Source: Deltaproteobacteria bacterium
Lineage (GTDB): Bacteria > Myxococcota > Kuafuiibacteriia > Kuafuiibacteriales > Kuafuiibacteriaceae
Direction: 5' to 3'
Length of the DNA stretch: 64,000 nucleotides
Assembly (NCBI GenBank): GCA_020632995.1
Contig: JACKEN010000008.1
Location: 114,064-178,063 of the forward strand
Shown: piece after piece, positions 1 to 12,445 of the stretch
How positions within the stretch are numbered: position 1 is the stretch's first letter
How the letters are laid out: each line of letters starts with the position of its first letter
Program-made: the position numbers and the translations under genes
The notes under the pieces: generated by a model
Database searches by the model: none
What the model saw: only the letters and a program-made list of their open reading frames with translations
Told to the model about the DNA's origin: nothing

Positions 1-1216
<1,216 letters not shown>

Positions 1217-1217
1217 G

Positions 1218-1559
1218 ATGGAACCTGGGCTGGACCGCGTGGAGGTGACGCCGGCGGCGGCGGAGATGATCCGCCGCCTCAAGGCGCAGCACGGTGACCT
1301 GGTGTTCCACCAGTCCGGTGGGTGCTGCGACGGCAGCGCCCCCATGTGCTACCCGGCGGGCGAGCTCCGGATCGGGGCGCATGACGTGAAGCTGGGCGAG
1401 GTGGAGGGCTGTGAGGTCTACATCGGCGGCCAGCAGTGGGAGCGGTGGCAACACACCCGGCTGGTCATCGACGTGGTGCCCGGCCGGGGCGCCGGCTTCT
1501 CGCTCGAGGCGCCCGAAGGCGTCCGGTTCCTGACCCGCTCCTGCGTCGTCGACCCTTGA
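1218..1559 (+). CDS. DUF779-family protein
   Basis: FHQSGGCCDGSAPMCYP and GRGAGFSLE motifs; usual position directly after this aldehyde dehydrogenase. Confidence 0.88.
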   Translation: MEPGLDRVEVTPAAAEMIRRLKAQHGDLVFHQSGGCCDGSAPMCYPAGELRIGAHDVKLGEVEGCEVYIGGQQWERWQHTRLVIDVVPGRGAGFSLEAPEGVRFLTRSCVVDP

Positions 1560-1647
1560 TGCCGCGCTGCGTCGGCGCATCGCGTCAATCCTTCCTGCCG
1601 GGCGCCCGCCTGGATCCGGGTTCCCATCCCGGCACCAACCCGCTACG

Positions 1648-3555
<1,908 letters not shown>

Positions 3556-3749
3556 CCGTATGCCAGATGGTGGATGTCGTCCTACATCCAGAATACACCC
3601 GCAAGGCCAGGTGATCCTGGCCACTCGGGCGGGAACCCGCTGGCTCTTTCACGACTTGTAGGACTCGGTGGGCACCCGAAGCGGCCACCTGATTGTCACA
3701 TTGCTGCATTATCCGTCACCTGTGCGTCCCGTGGTATACGCTCCCTTTG

Positions 3750-5639
3750 GTGTCTTCCGATGACGGCTCAGGGACCCTCAGGTCTCCCTCACAGTCCAGC
3801 AGCTCCCTGAGCGAGGGCGTGCGCTCCTCCGCGGGCGGGAGCGGGGCTGCGCAGCCGCAGCAACGCCGCTTCCGCTACCACGAGACCCTCGCGGGTAAGT
3901 ACCGGCTCGAGAAGAGCCTCGCTCGTGGCGGCATGGGTTGGGTGTTCCTTGCAACCCAGCTTCCACTCGGGCGCCAGGTCGCGGTCAAGGTGCTGACTCC
4001 GGGGCAGCACGACGCGCAGTTCCGGCAGCGCTTCCTGCTCGAGGCGTCGACCTGCGCCAAGCTGCAGCACCCCAACATCGTCACCATCCATGACTACGGC
4101 GAGTCGGAGCGTGGCGACCTGTTCATGGCGATGGAGTACCTGAACGGGTCCTCGCTGTCGTACCTGCTTGCACGCACCGGCAGCCTGCCGGTGGATCGGG
4201 TGCTCCGCATCGCGCTGCAGGTCACCCGGGCGCTGCGGGTCGCGCACAAGGCGGGGGTCGTGCACCGCGACCTCAAGCCCGCCAACATCATGCTCCTCAA
4301 CCACGACGACGACACGCGCGACTTCGTCAAGGTGGTGGACTTCGGGCTCGCCAAGCTCTTCCAGGACAAGTCCGACGGCGGGATAGATCTCACCAAGGCG
4401 GGCACCATGCTGGGCTCGCCGCGCTACATGGCGCCGGAGCAGATCCGGAACGACGAGGTGGATCCGCGGACGGACATCTACTCGCTCGGCGTCATCATCT
4501 TCTTCATGCTGACGGGGCGGCCGCCCTTCATGGGCAACAACGCCACCGAGATCCTGGCTCAGCACCTGCGCGACCCGGTGCCGAACATGGCCGCGGTGGC
4601 GGGCGAGCTCGAGGTGCCGCACGAGCTGGAGCAGGTGGTGCGCCGGTGCCTCGCCAAGGATCCGGCGGGGCGCTACCCGACGGTGGATGAGCTGGTGGCG
4701 GACCTGAAGGCGGTGCAGCGCTCGACCTCGGATCGGACCCTCGCCAGCGACTCCTTCATGGAGGTGGTGCGACCGACCTCCCGCCTGACCGAGGATCTCG
4801 TGGTCCCGTTCCCCGACGCCGACGTGGATGTCGAGGTCGAGCCTGCGCAGGGGCAGGAGCTTCCCAGCAACACCGCGCCGGTGCAGCACGACGTCTCCGG
4901 GTCGCAGGTGGTGATGATGCAGCCGCCGCCCGGCTCGAGAGCCGGAGTGCTCGTGGTGGTGGTCGCCCTCCTCGCGCTCGCCGCTGGCGGCGTCTGGATG
5001 TGGCAGCGCCAGCAGCAGCCGGAGGCGCGCACACCCGTGGCGGTGACGACGACGGCGCCGGAGTACAAGACGCTCGTGATCCGCACCGATCCCGCCGGCC
5101 TGATCCTGGTGGACGAGGCCGGCGCCGAGCTGGGCACCAGCCCGCTCACCCTCCCGCGGCCCTCCGTGGAGCACGCCCTCCGGGTCCGGGCGGTGTCGGG
5201 GCAGCGCACGTCGCACTTGATCCGCGTGATCCCGTCGCCCGACTCCGAGGACGTCACCCTCGATCTGAAGGCGTGGCTCGCCTCGCCTCCCGAGGATGAC
5301 GCAAAGGCGGTGGCCGACGAGCCCGCGGTGACAGAGCGCCCCCGCCGTCGCGTGGCGTCTCGCCGCAGCGCGGCGCGGCCGCAGGTCGAGCCGGAGCCGG
5401 AGGTGCTCGACGAGTCAGCGCCGGCGCCCGCGCCGGTGTCCGAGGCGACGGCGCGCCCCAAGATCGAGGCGCTGGACGAGCGGCCCGTCGCCCCGGTGGT
5501 GGAGTCGGGCGCGCCCAAGGTGGGCATCATCGAGGACGCAAAGCCCAAGGTCGACCTCGTGGACGAGCGCAAGAGCGGGCCATCCGTCGGCCTGGTGGAC
5601 GAAGGCGAGGCGCCCAAGGTGGGCCTCATCGAGGAATGA
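3750..5639 (+). CDS. Membrane Ser/Thr protein kinase with a PEGA-like domain and acidic C-terminal tail
   Basis: GGMGWV, VAVK, HRDLKPANI, DFGLAK, GSPRYMAPEQ; one TM helix; PEGA-like RTDPAG...LGTSPLTL. GTG start at 3750 preferred over 3693. Confidence 0.92.
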   Translation: MSSDDGSGTLRSPSQSSSSLSEGVRSSAGGSGAAQPQQRRFRYHETLAGKYRLEKSLARGGMGWVFLATQLPLGRQVAVKVLTPGQHDAQFRQRFLLEASTCAKLQHPNIVTIHDYGESERGDLFMAMEYLNGSSLSYLLARTGSLPVDRVLRIALQVTRALRVAHKAGVVHRDLKPANIMLLNHDDDTRDFVKVVDFGLAKLFQDKSDGGIDLTKAGTMLGSPRYMAPEQIRNDEVDPRTDIYSLGVIIFFMLTGRPPFMGNNATEILAQHLRDPVPNMAAVAGELEVPHELEQVVRRCLAKDPAGRYPTVDELVADLKAVQRSTSDRTLASDSFMEVVRPTSRLTEDLVVPFPDADVDVEVEPAQGQELPSNTAPVQHDVSGSQVVMMQPPPGSRAGVLVVVVALLALAAGGVWMWQRQQQPEARTPVAVTTTAPEYKTLVIRTDPAGLILVDEAGAELGTSPLTLPRPSVEHALRVRAVSGQRTSHLIRVIPSPDSEDVTLDLKAWLASPPEDDAKAVADEPAVTERPRRRVASRRSAARPQVEPEPEVLDESAPAPAPVSEATARPKIEALDERPVAPVVESGAPKVGIIEDAKPKVDLVDERKSGPSVGLVDEGEAPKVGLIEE

Positions 5640-5646
5640 CGCACTC

Positions 5647-6429
5647 ATGACGAAGCACAAATGGCTGGCGCCCCTGCTGGCCCTGTTCATGTTGGCCGTG
5701 GGCGTGCGCCCGGCGGCGGCCCAGACCGACGCCGAGAAGGTCGAGCGCCTCTTCGCGGAGGGCGCCGCCCTCTACCGCGCCGGGAAGTATCGGCCCGCGA
5801 TCGAGAAGTTCGACGAGGCGTACGCGATCTATCCGGAGCCCAACCTCCTGTACAACAAGGCGCGGGCGCACGAGGCGCTGGGAGAGATCGAGCAGGCGAT
5901 GGCCGCCTATCAGGCGTGCGCCGCCGCGCCCGACGCGGACCCCGCGGTGAAGGCCAAGGCCAAGGCCAAGGCGGAGATGTTGGCCCAGGCCAAGCGGACC
6001 TCCAAGCTGACGCCCGCGGGCGCGCCGAGCGGGGCAGGAGCGGTCGCTGGCGTGACCGCGCCGGCGCCGAAGGAGCGGGGCTCTGGCTTGACGGTGACCA
6101 AGTGGGCGGTGACCGGCCTCGCAGGCGCCCTTGCGGTGGGCGGCGCGGTGTTCTACGCCCTTGGTGCCTCGGACCACAGCAAGGTGAACAGCGCGTCGAG
6201 CGATGCCGCAGGTGGGGTTGCATCACTCACCCTGGTGGAGGCGCAGGACCTCTCCGACAGCGGGGCGACCAAGAAGACGCTGGGCGTCGGCCTCCTGGGC
6301 GGCGCGGCGGCGGCGGCGGCGGGCGCCGCGCTCCTGTTCGTGATGGACGGCCCCGACGACGAGGGCACCAAGGTGAGCGTGGGCATCACCCCCGACGGGG
6401 TGGGCGTGGCCTGGATGGGGAGCTTCTGA
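5647..6429 (+). CDS. Secreted TPR protein with a Gly/Ala-rich hydrophobic C-terminus
   Basis: Signal peptide; TPR-like LFAEGAALYRAGKYRPAIEKFDEAY...LLYNKARAHEALG; 7 bp after the kinase stop. Confidence 0.75.
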   Translation: MTKHKWLAPLLALFMLAVGVRPAAAQTDAEKVERLFAEGAALYRAGKYRPAIEKFDEAYAIYPEPNLLYNKARAHEALGEIEQAMAAYQACAAAPDADPAVKAKAKAKAEMLAQAKRTSKLTPAGAPSGAGAVAGVTAPAPKERGSGLTVTKWAVTGLAGALAVGGAVFYALGASDHSKVNSASSDAAGGVASLTLVEAQDLSDSGATKKTLGVGLLGGAAAAAAGAALLFVMDGPDDEGTKVSVGITPDGVGVAWMGSF

Positions 6430-9161
6430 TGAACGCGCGACGTTGGATGATGGTGACCGCGGTGGCCCTCACGGGCTGCAGCAAGCCCAGCCTGGAGGGC
6501 ACCCTGTGGCGGTGCGAGAGCCAGGCGGACTGCACCGAGGGCTACGTGTGCAGCACGGGCCTGGGCGCGTGCGTGGTGCCCGACAACAGCGCGGACGGCG
6601 TGTACGCGGACCGCATCGTGGTCGGGATGAGCGCCCCGCTCGCCAACGGCGACACCACCGCAGGCCGCGCGGTGCGCGAGGGCATGGAGGCCTACTTCGG
6701 CTACGTCAACGCGAACGGCGGGCTGGACGGGCGGCAGGTCGAGGTGCGCGCGCTGGACGACGGCGGCAACCCGAACATGGCTCTCAGCAACGTGCAGACG
6801 ATGTCGGGCTCGGGCGAGGTCTTCGCCTTCCTCGGCAACGTGGGCACCGACACCGCGCAGGTGGTGGCGCCCTATCTGGTCGAGAACAAGCGCCTGCTCC
6901 TCGGGGCGGTGTCGGGCTCGTCTGCCCTCCGCAAGGACCCCCCGGACCGCTACGTGTTCAACTTCCGCCCCAGCTTCGAGCAGGAGGCGGCTCAAGGCGT
7001 GGGCTACCTGGTGTCGGTGCGCGACTTCCCCGTCCCGGTCGACAACGTGGCGGTGTTCGCCGAGGGCGAAGGCACCTCCGGCGTCCCCGACGCCTACGGT
7101 CAGGAGGGCGTGACCGCAGTGAAGGACGCCTTGCGCGCGCAGGGCGGGAACCCGGCCAACCTCGTGGTGGCGACCCACACCCGCAACACCAGCGACGTGA
7201 CCCCGGCGGTGGGCGCGATGCTGAAGTGGCTCTCGTCGGGCCGCAGCCCCAACGACAACGGGAGCATCAGCGCCTCGATCGTTCTGGTGTCGACCGCGCG
7301 CCCGGCGGCGGCCTTCGTGAAGGCCCTGTTGGAGGAGCTGGCCAAGATCCAGGCCGGTGACTCGGGCGGTCAGGCGTTCCAGCTCACCACCGACGAGGCC
7401 ACCCGCCTGTTCTCGGTGACCGACCTGACCTTCTTCGCGATCTCCAGCGTCGGCGTGGATCAGATGAGCCGCGAGCTGGCCTCGTTCGGCAACTACCAGA
7501 CCGTTGCGGGGATGAAGTCCTTCTGCGAGTCGGTGCTGGCGAGCCAGGTGGTGCCTTCGCTCGACTCCAACGCGTCCGGCCTCATCACCTACCGCGAGCA
7601 CCTGCACGCGATGGATCCCAACCTCGTGCCCAGCGCGCTGTCGCTCGAGGGCTATCTGGTGGCGCGGATCTTCTCGGCCGCGGTGATCAAGCACGGGCCC
7701 GCCCTGAGCACCGAGGGCGTCGTGGACGCGCTCGAGCAGCTCAGCGCGCTGGACTTCGGGGTGGGCACCACGCTCGGCTTCTCGCCCAGCGCCCACCAGG
7801 CGAGCGACAAGGTGTTCGGGACGACGGTGAGCCCGCTCTGCGCGCTCGAGCCCCTCGACCTCGGCGAGCCGACCGGCAACCCGCCGCCCACCGGCGACGG
7901 CTGTGAGAACGGGGTCTGTACCCTCACCGGCGTAATCACCCAGGACAAGACGCTCACCGCCGACAAGCGGTGGCTCCTGAAGGGCACGGTGTTCGTGGGC
8001 GACGGCGCCAGCCGCACCGTGCTCACGGTCGAGCCGGGCACCACCGTGCTGGGCGACAAGGCCACCACCGGGGTGCTCGTGATCCGCCGGGGCTCCCAGA
8101 TCCAGGCGGTGGGCTCGCGCGAGATGCCCATCGTCTTCACCTCGGCCCAGCCGGTGGGCATGCGGCGCTCCGGTGACTGGGGTGGCCTGATCATCAACGG
8201 CCGCGCCCCGATCAACCAGTGCGGCCTCGAGGCCAGCCAGTGTACTCAGTATAACCAGGCCTTCGGCGAGGGCGGCACCGGCTTCTTTGGCGGCAACGAC
8301 CCGAACGACGACAGCGGCGAGCTGCGCTACGTGCGCATCGAGTTCGCGGGCAAGCTCCTGTCGCCCGAGAACGAGCTCAACGGCTTGGCGATGCAGGGCG
8401 TGGGTCGGGGCACGACGCTGGACTACGTCCAGGTGCACCGGGGCAAGGATGACGCCATCGAGTTCTTCGGGGGCACGGTGGACGCGAAGCACCTGCTCCT
8501 CACCGGGGCCGAGGACGACTCGCTCGACTGGACCTGGGGCTGGCAGGGTCGTGGTCAGTTCATCATCACCCAGCACTGGCGGGGGGATGCGGACAACGGC
8601 ATCGAGGCCGACAACAACGCCGAGGATCGGAACGCCGAGCCGCGCGCGCACCCGGTGCTGAGCAACCTCACCCTGGTGGGCGTGCCCACCTCCACCACGA
8701 GCGACTACGGCATGCTGCTGCGCGAGGGGACGGGGGCGGACATCCTCAACTCGGTGGTGCTGGGCTTCGAGGACGCGTGCATCAACATCGACCACGCCGA
8801 GACGTGGGCCAACGCGATGATGAACAGCGGCAGCTCCACCGTGGCCTCCGGGGGGCTGGTCATCCGGAACACCGTCATCTCCTGCGCGACGAACTTCGAG
8901 GAGAGCGCGGACGACCCGGTGACGGTGCAGGCCTTCGTGATGATGATGAACCAGGGCAACCAGGTGGTGCAGGACGTGAACTCGATCCTCGAGGGCGCGC
9001 TCGACACGGTGTCGCCCGACATGCGGCCGAAGGCAGGTGGGCCTGCGATCTCGGGGGCCGAGGTCCCGACCGACCCCTTCTTCGAGCAGGTGACCTACAA
9101 GGGCGCGGTGGACCCGGCCGGCTCCTGGACCCTCGGCTGGACCACCAACGTCCAGAACTGA
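6429..9161 (+). CDS. Lipoprotein fusing a type-1 periplasmic binding domain (Peripla_BP_6-like) to a beta-helix domain
   Basis: ATG overlaps the upstream TGA; lipobox ALTGC; IVVGMSAPL, NANGGLDGRQV, LDDGGNP, FNFRPS, SLEGYLVA; C-terminal GDWGGLII, DDSGELRYVRIEFAG, DDAIEFFGGTV. Confidence 0.8.
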   Translation: MNARRWMMVTAVALTGCSKPSLEGTLWRCESQADCTEGYVCSTGLGACVVPDNSADGVYADRIVVGMSAPLANGDTTAGRAVREGMEAYFGYVNANGGLDGRQVEVRALDDGGNPNMALSNVQTMSGSGEVFAFLGNVGTDTAQVVAPYLVENKRLLLGAVSGSSALRKDPPDRYVFNFRPSFEQEAAQGVGYLVSVRDFPVPVDNVAVFAEGEGTSGVPDAYGQEGVTAVKDALRAQGGNPANLVVATHTRNTSDVTPAVGAMLKWLSSGRSPNDNGSISASIVLVSTARPAAAFVKALLEELAKIQAGDSGGQAFQLTTDEATRLFSVTDLTFFAISSVGVDQMSRELASFGNYQTVAGMKSFCESVLASQVVPSLDSNASGLITYREHLHAMDPNLVPSALSLEGYLVARIFSAAVIKHGPALSTEGVVDALEQLSALDFGVGTTLGFSPSAHQASDKVFGTTVSPLCALEPLDLGEPTGNPPPTGDGCENGVCTLTGVITQDKTLTADKRWLLKGTVFVGDGASRTVLTVEPGTTVLGDKATTGVLVIRRGSQIQAVGSREMPIVFTSAQPVGMRRSGDWGGLIINGRAPINQCGLEASQCTQYNQAFGEGGTGFFGGNDPNDDSGELRYVRIEFAGKLLSPENELNGLAMQGVGRGTTLDYVQVHRGKDDAIEFFGGTVDAKHLLLTGAEDDSLDWTWGWQGRGQFIITQHWRGDADNGIEADNNAEDRNAEPRAHPVLSNLTLVGVPTSTTSDYGMLLREGTGADILNSVVLGFEDACINIDHAETWANAMMNSGSSTVASGGLVIRNTVISCATNFEESADDPVTVQAFVMMMNQGNQVVQDVNSILEGALDTVSPDMRPKAGGPAISGAEVPTDPFFEQVTYKGAVDPAGSWTLGWTTNVQN

Positions 9162-9168
9162 GCGCGTC

Positions 9169-10359
9169 GTGCGTCGGCTCTCCCTCCTGCTCGTGGCCTT
9201 GATGGGCTGCACCCCCGAGCTCCTCGTGCTCGACACCGGGCCCTCCCTCGACGATGGCGGGGGCTCGGACGTCGGCGTGGACGCCGGGCCGGGGGACGTC
9301 GGCGCGGCGGACGTTGGCTTCGTCGACGCGGCGCCGACGGACGCGGACGTGGAGGACGCGGCCGAGCCCGATGCAGGCGAGGTTGACGCGGGGGCGTCGG
9401 ACGGCGGGGTCACGCCCGACGCGGGGCCGACCACGTGTGAGGTGGTGGGGGTGGACTTCACCTGCGTCGAGGTGAGCGCCTGCGCGGGTACGCCGCTCTT
9501 GGGGCGCTGCGGAGATCTGCCGGAGGTCTGCTGTCAGGACACCCCGCCGTGCAGCGTCGACGGCGCGCCCGGGGTCTGCATGGACACCGCGCAGTGCCCT
9601 GGGGTGTCCACGCCGGGGCGCTGCCCGGGGGCGGTGAACATCCAGTGCTGCACGTTCCCAACGGAGGCCTGCGACGAGAACACGACGCCCACGCCGAACC
9701 CGAGCCGGGCGGAGGTCTCGCTCGATCCGCGCTGCCCCGACGGGATGGTGCACGCGGGGACGTTCTGCGTGGACGCGTTCGAGGCGTCGCTGGTGCGCGT
9801 CGCCGACGGCAGCCCGTGGTCGCCCTACGCCAACCCCGGCGGCACCGCGGTGCGGGCGGTGTCGGTGGCCTACGCGGTGCCCCAGGGCTACATCTCGGGC
9901 CAGCAGGCGGGGGCGGCGTGCACCGCGGCCGGTAAGCGGCTCTGCACCGACGTGGAGTGGCTGGCCGCCTGCCAGGGGCCCGGGCAGCTCACGTACCCCT
10001 ACGGCAACACGCGGGAGGACGGCCGGTGCAACGACGCGCGGGATCGACACCCCGCCTACGAGTATTTCGGCACCACGGATCCGTCGGTGTTCAACATGCT
10101 CGACCACCCGTGCATCAACCAGCTCCCAGCCGGCCTCGGCCTCACCGGGCAGTACGCGGGCTGCGAGAGCTCGGTGGGCGCGTTCGACATGATGGGCAAC
10201 CTGCACGAGTGGACGTCGGACCCCGCCGGGACCTTCCGCGGGGGCTACTACGTCGACACGCGGATCAACGGGAACGGCTGCCTCTACCGGACCACCGCGC
10301 ACGGGGCGTCGTACTGGGACTACTCGACCGGGTTCCGGTGCTGCGCGGATCCGAACTAG
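9169..10359 (+). CDS. FGE-sulfatase (SUMF1/EgtB/PvdO-like) domain lipoprotein
   Basis: Lipobox ALMGC; acidic linker; Cys-rich module; GKRLCTDVEW, YPYGN, DMMGNLHEW, TGFRCC. Confidence 0.85.
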   Translation: MRRLSLLLVALMGCTPELLVLDTGPSLDDGGGSDVGVDAGPGDVGAADVGFVDAAPTDADVEDAAEPDAGEVDAGASDGGVTPDAGPTTCEVVGVDFTCVEVSACAGTPLLGRCGDLPEVCCQDTPPCSVDGAPGVCMDTAQCPGVSTPGRCPGAVNIQCCTFPTEACDENTTPTPNPSRAEVSLDPRCPDGMVHAGTFCVDAFEASLVRVADGSPWSPYANPGGTAVRAVSVAYAVPQGYISGQQAGAACTAAGKRLCTDVEWLAACQGPGQLTYPYGNTREDGRCNDARDRHPAYEYFGTTDPSVFNMLDHPCINQLPAGLGLTGQYAGCESSVGAFDMMGNLHEWTSDPAGTFRGGYYVDTRINGNGCLYRTTAHGASYWDYSTGFRCCADPN

Positions 10360-10853
10360 ACGGGCTCGACGAAGCAGGCCTTGCCCCGGCCCTCGGGGTC
10401 CGCCACGCAGGCGAAGCCGTTGAGGCAGTCCGCGTCCGTCGCGCAGACGTACAGGCAGCCCTTGTTGGTGCCGGAGATCGTCACGCACGCCGCGCCCGTG
10501 CCGCAGTCGGCGTCCTCCTCGCACCGCATCGAGCAGATGCCGGTCTTGCTCTGCACGTTGTCGCGCAGGCCCACGCAGGTGAGGCCGGCGCAGTCGGCGG
10601 ATCCGCCCGCGGCGCACTCCTCCTGGAACGCGGCCTCGGTGAGGGCCCCGGTACACACGTCGCCGGCCCGGCACTTGGCGTCCATCTCCTTGCAGTCGGA
10701 GTCCTGGGTGCAGGCGCCACCCTTCTCCACCGTGCCGAGGGCGGAGGTGCCGGCGTCGACGTTGGTGTTGTTGTTGTCGGTGTTGCCGGGATCGCTCCCG
10801 CAGGCCGCGAGGGCAAGAGCGCAGGTGAGGAGGGACAGTCGGAGCAGCGTCAT
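10356..10853 (-). CDS. Small Cys-rich lipoprotein
   Basis: Lipobox ALAAC; repeated C-x4-DC motifs. Confidence 0.7.
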   Translation of the reverse strand: MTLLRLSLLTCALALAACGSDPGNTDNNNTNVDAGTSALGTVEKGGACTQDSDCKEMDAKCRAGDVCTGALTEAAFQEECAAGGSADCAGLTCVGLRDNVQSKTGICSMRCEEDADCGTGAACVTISGTNKGCLYVCATDADCLNGFACVADPEGRGKACFVEPV

Positions 10854-10922
10854 GGGCGGCAGAAGCTAGCAGATGACCCACTCCATGTTCGAGGTGAGCG
10901 CCGCCACACGCGCGCGTCGCGG

Positions 10923-11360
10923 CTACTCGAACAGCGCGTCGTAGCGGGCCTGCATCTGCTCCGGCGTCAGCTTCTCGAGCTCGTGGCCGACGTTCCACTC
11001 GTGACCCCACGGGTCCCGGAAGGTGCCGGAGCGCTCCCCGTAGAAGTGATCCTGGGCCGGCCGGAGCAGGGTCGCGCCCGCCGCCACCGCGGCGTCGATC
11101 AGGGCGTCGGCGTCGTCGACGTGCAGGTGGATCGCGAAGGTGGTGCCGCCGAGGGTCTCGGGGCCCGCGATGTTCATCTCGGGGTACTCATCCGAGAACA
11201 TGAGGGTGGTGCCGCCCATGCGGAGCTCGATGTGCCCGACGCGTCCGCTCGGCTCGACCAGGCGGAAGAGCTCCTCTGCTCCGAAGATGCGCTTGTACCA
11301 CTCGACCGCCTCGCCGGTGTTCCGGAGGCGCAGGTAGGGGAAGACTTCGTGGATGGCCAT
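10923..11360 (-). CDS. VOC/glyoxalase (PhnB-like) protein
   Basis: PYLRLR, AVEWYKRIFGA, HIELRMGG, FYGERSGTFRDPWGHEW. Confidence 0.9.
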   Translation of the reverse strand: MAIHEVFPYLRLRNTGEAVEWYKRIFGAEELFRLVEPSGRVGHIELRMGGTTLMFSDEYPEMNIAGPETLGGTTFAIHLHVDDADALIDAAVAAGATLLRPAQDHFYGERSGTFRDPWGHEWNVGHELEKLTPEQMQARYDALFE

Positions 11361-11399
11361 GGCGTCATCATGCCTTGGGGGGCTCAGCGCCGTCTTGAA

Positions 11400-11490
11400 G
11401 GAATCTGACGGAGCCCCCTTCGGGGCCTCCTATAGCCCTCGCTGCGAATCGGCCCGGCTGGCCGGGCCGCTCTCGCTCACGGAATCTGAC
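11400..11490. repeat. Short palindromic element bounded by a 10-bp direct repeat GGAATCTGAC
   Basis: GGAATCTGAC at 11400-11409 and 11481-11490; perfect inverted repeat CGGCCCGGC-TG-GCCGGGCCG at 11450-11469; CCCC-TTC-GGGG hairpin at 11415-11425. Confidence 0.7.
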
Positions 11491-11491
11491 C

Positions 11492-12295
11492 TCAGAGCTC
11501 GAAGACAGGGACGTGGTGGGGCGAGCGGGGGGCGGCCCGGCGGTACGCCCCGGGGCTGAGGCCGGTGAGCGCCCGGAGCTCGCGGGTCAGGTGGGCCTGA
11601 TCTGCGTAGCCGGCGTGCGCCGCGATGTCGACCAAGGTCTGCCCGGGGTCGCGGGCGAACCGCAAGGCAGATTGCATGCGCTGCACCCGGGCCCAGACCT
11701 TGGGGGGGGCGCCCACCTGGGCCTGGAAGAGCTGGCCGAAGTGCCGGTGGCTGAAGCCGCTGGCCGCCACGACCTCGGCCACCGAGGCGCCGCGCCGCAG
11801 GGCAGCCACGCCGTGGGCCACCGCGGGGTGGAGGCGCCGCTCGGGCTCGAGGCGCGACAGGAGGAGCGCCTCGAACACCCGGAGCCGGGCCTCGGGCTCG
11901 GGGGCTTCGCAGAGGCGCTGGTGGGCCTCCTCCGCGAAGGCGCCCCAGAGATCTCCGACCGGGGTGTGGGCATCGGCGAGGGCGGCCGCGGTGAGCCCGA
12001 AGAGGGCCGCGGCCGCGCCCGGCCGGAGCTGCGCGCCCACCGACGGGCCGGCAGGGTCGAGGGCACGAATGTAAGCTGTCTTGCGGACGCCGCCCACCAC
12101 CGCCCGGGCCACCGGCTCGAAGCCCGCGCCCGGTCGCCACAGGCGCAGCGGCGGGCCCCCCAGCCGGAACACCAGGTGCATCTCGCCGGTGGGGAGCACC
12201 CGCTCCGCCGGGGCCTCGGGGGCCGCGCCGCCCTCGGCGGTCCAGAGGCGCCGCACCACGTGGGCGAGGCGCGGATGGGGGGCGCGGACGAGCAT
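11492..12295 (-). CDS. AraC-family transcriptional regulator
   Basis: ERVLPTGEMHLVF N-terminal domain; HTH SHRHFGQLF..VGAPPK and GYADQAHLTRELRALTG. ATG at 12295 preferred; sits upstream of the VOC gene on the same strand. Confidence 0.88.
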   Translation of the reverse strand: MLVRAPHPRLAHVVRRLWTAEGGAAPEAPAERVLPTGEMHLVFRLGGPPLRLWRPGAGFEPVARAVVGGVRKTAYIRALDPAGPSVGAQLRPGAAAALFGLTAAALADAHTPVGDLWGAFAEEAHQRLCEAPEPEARLRVFEALLLSRLEPERRLHPAVAHGVAALRRGASVAEVVAASGFSHRHFGQLFQAQVGAPPKVWARVQRMQSALRFARDPGQTLVDIAAHAGYADQAHLTRELRALTGLSPGAYRRAAPRSPHHVPVFEL

Positions 12296-12445
12296 GGGCC
12301 CGCCGACTATACGGGTGCGCGCGGGACCTCGCCATGGGACTTCCCGCAGGCAGGCCGCTTGCCTATGGCCTCGGCCCGCGCTCGTGGGCCGCAACCTGGC
12401 AGTTCACGGTTGACCGCGCTCGCGGTGCGCCCTCGAATCCTCGGG

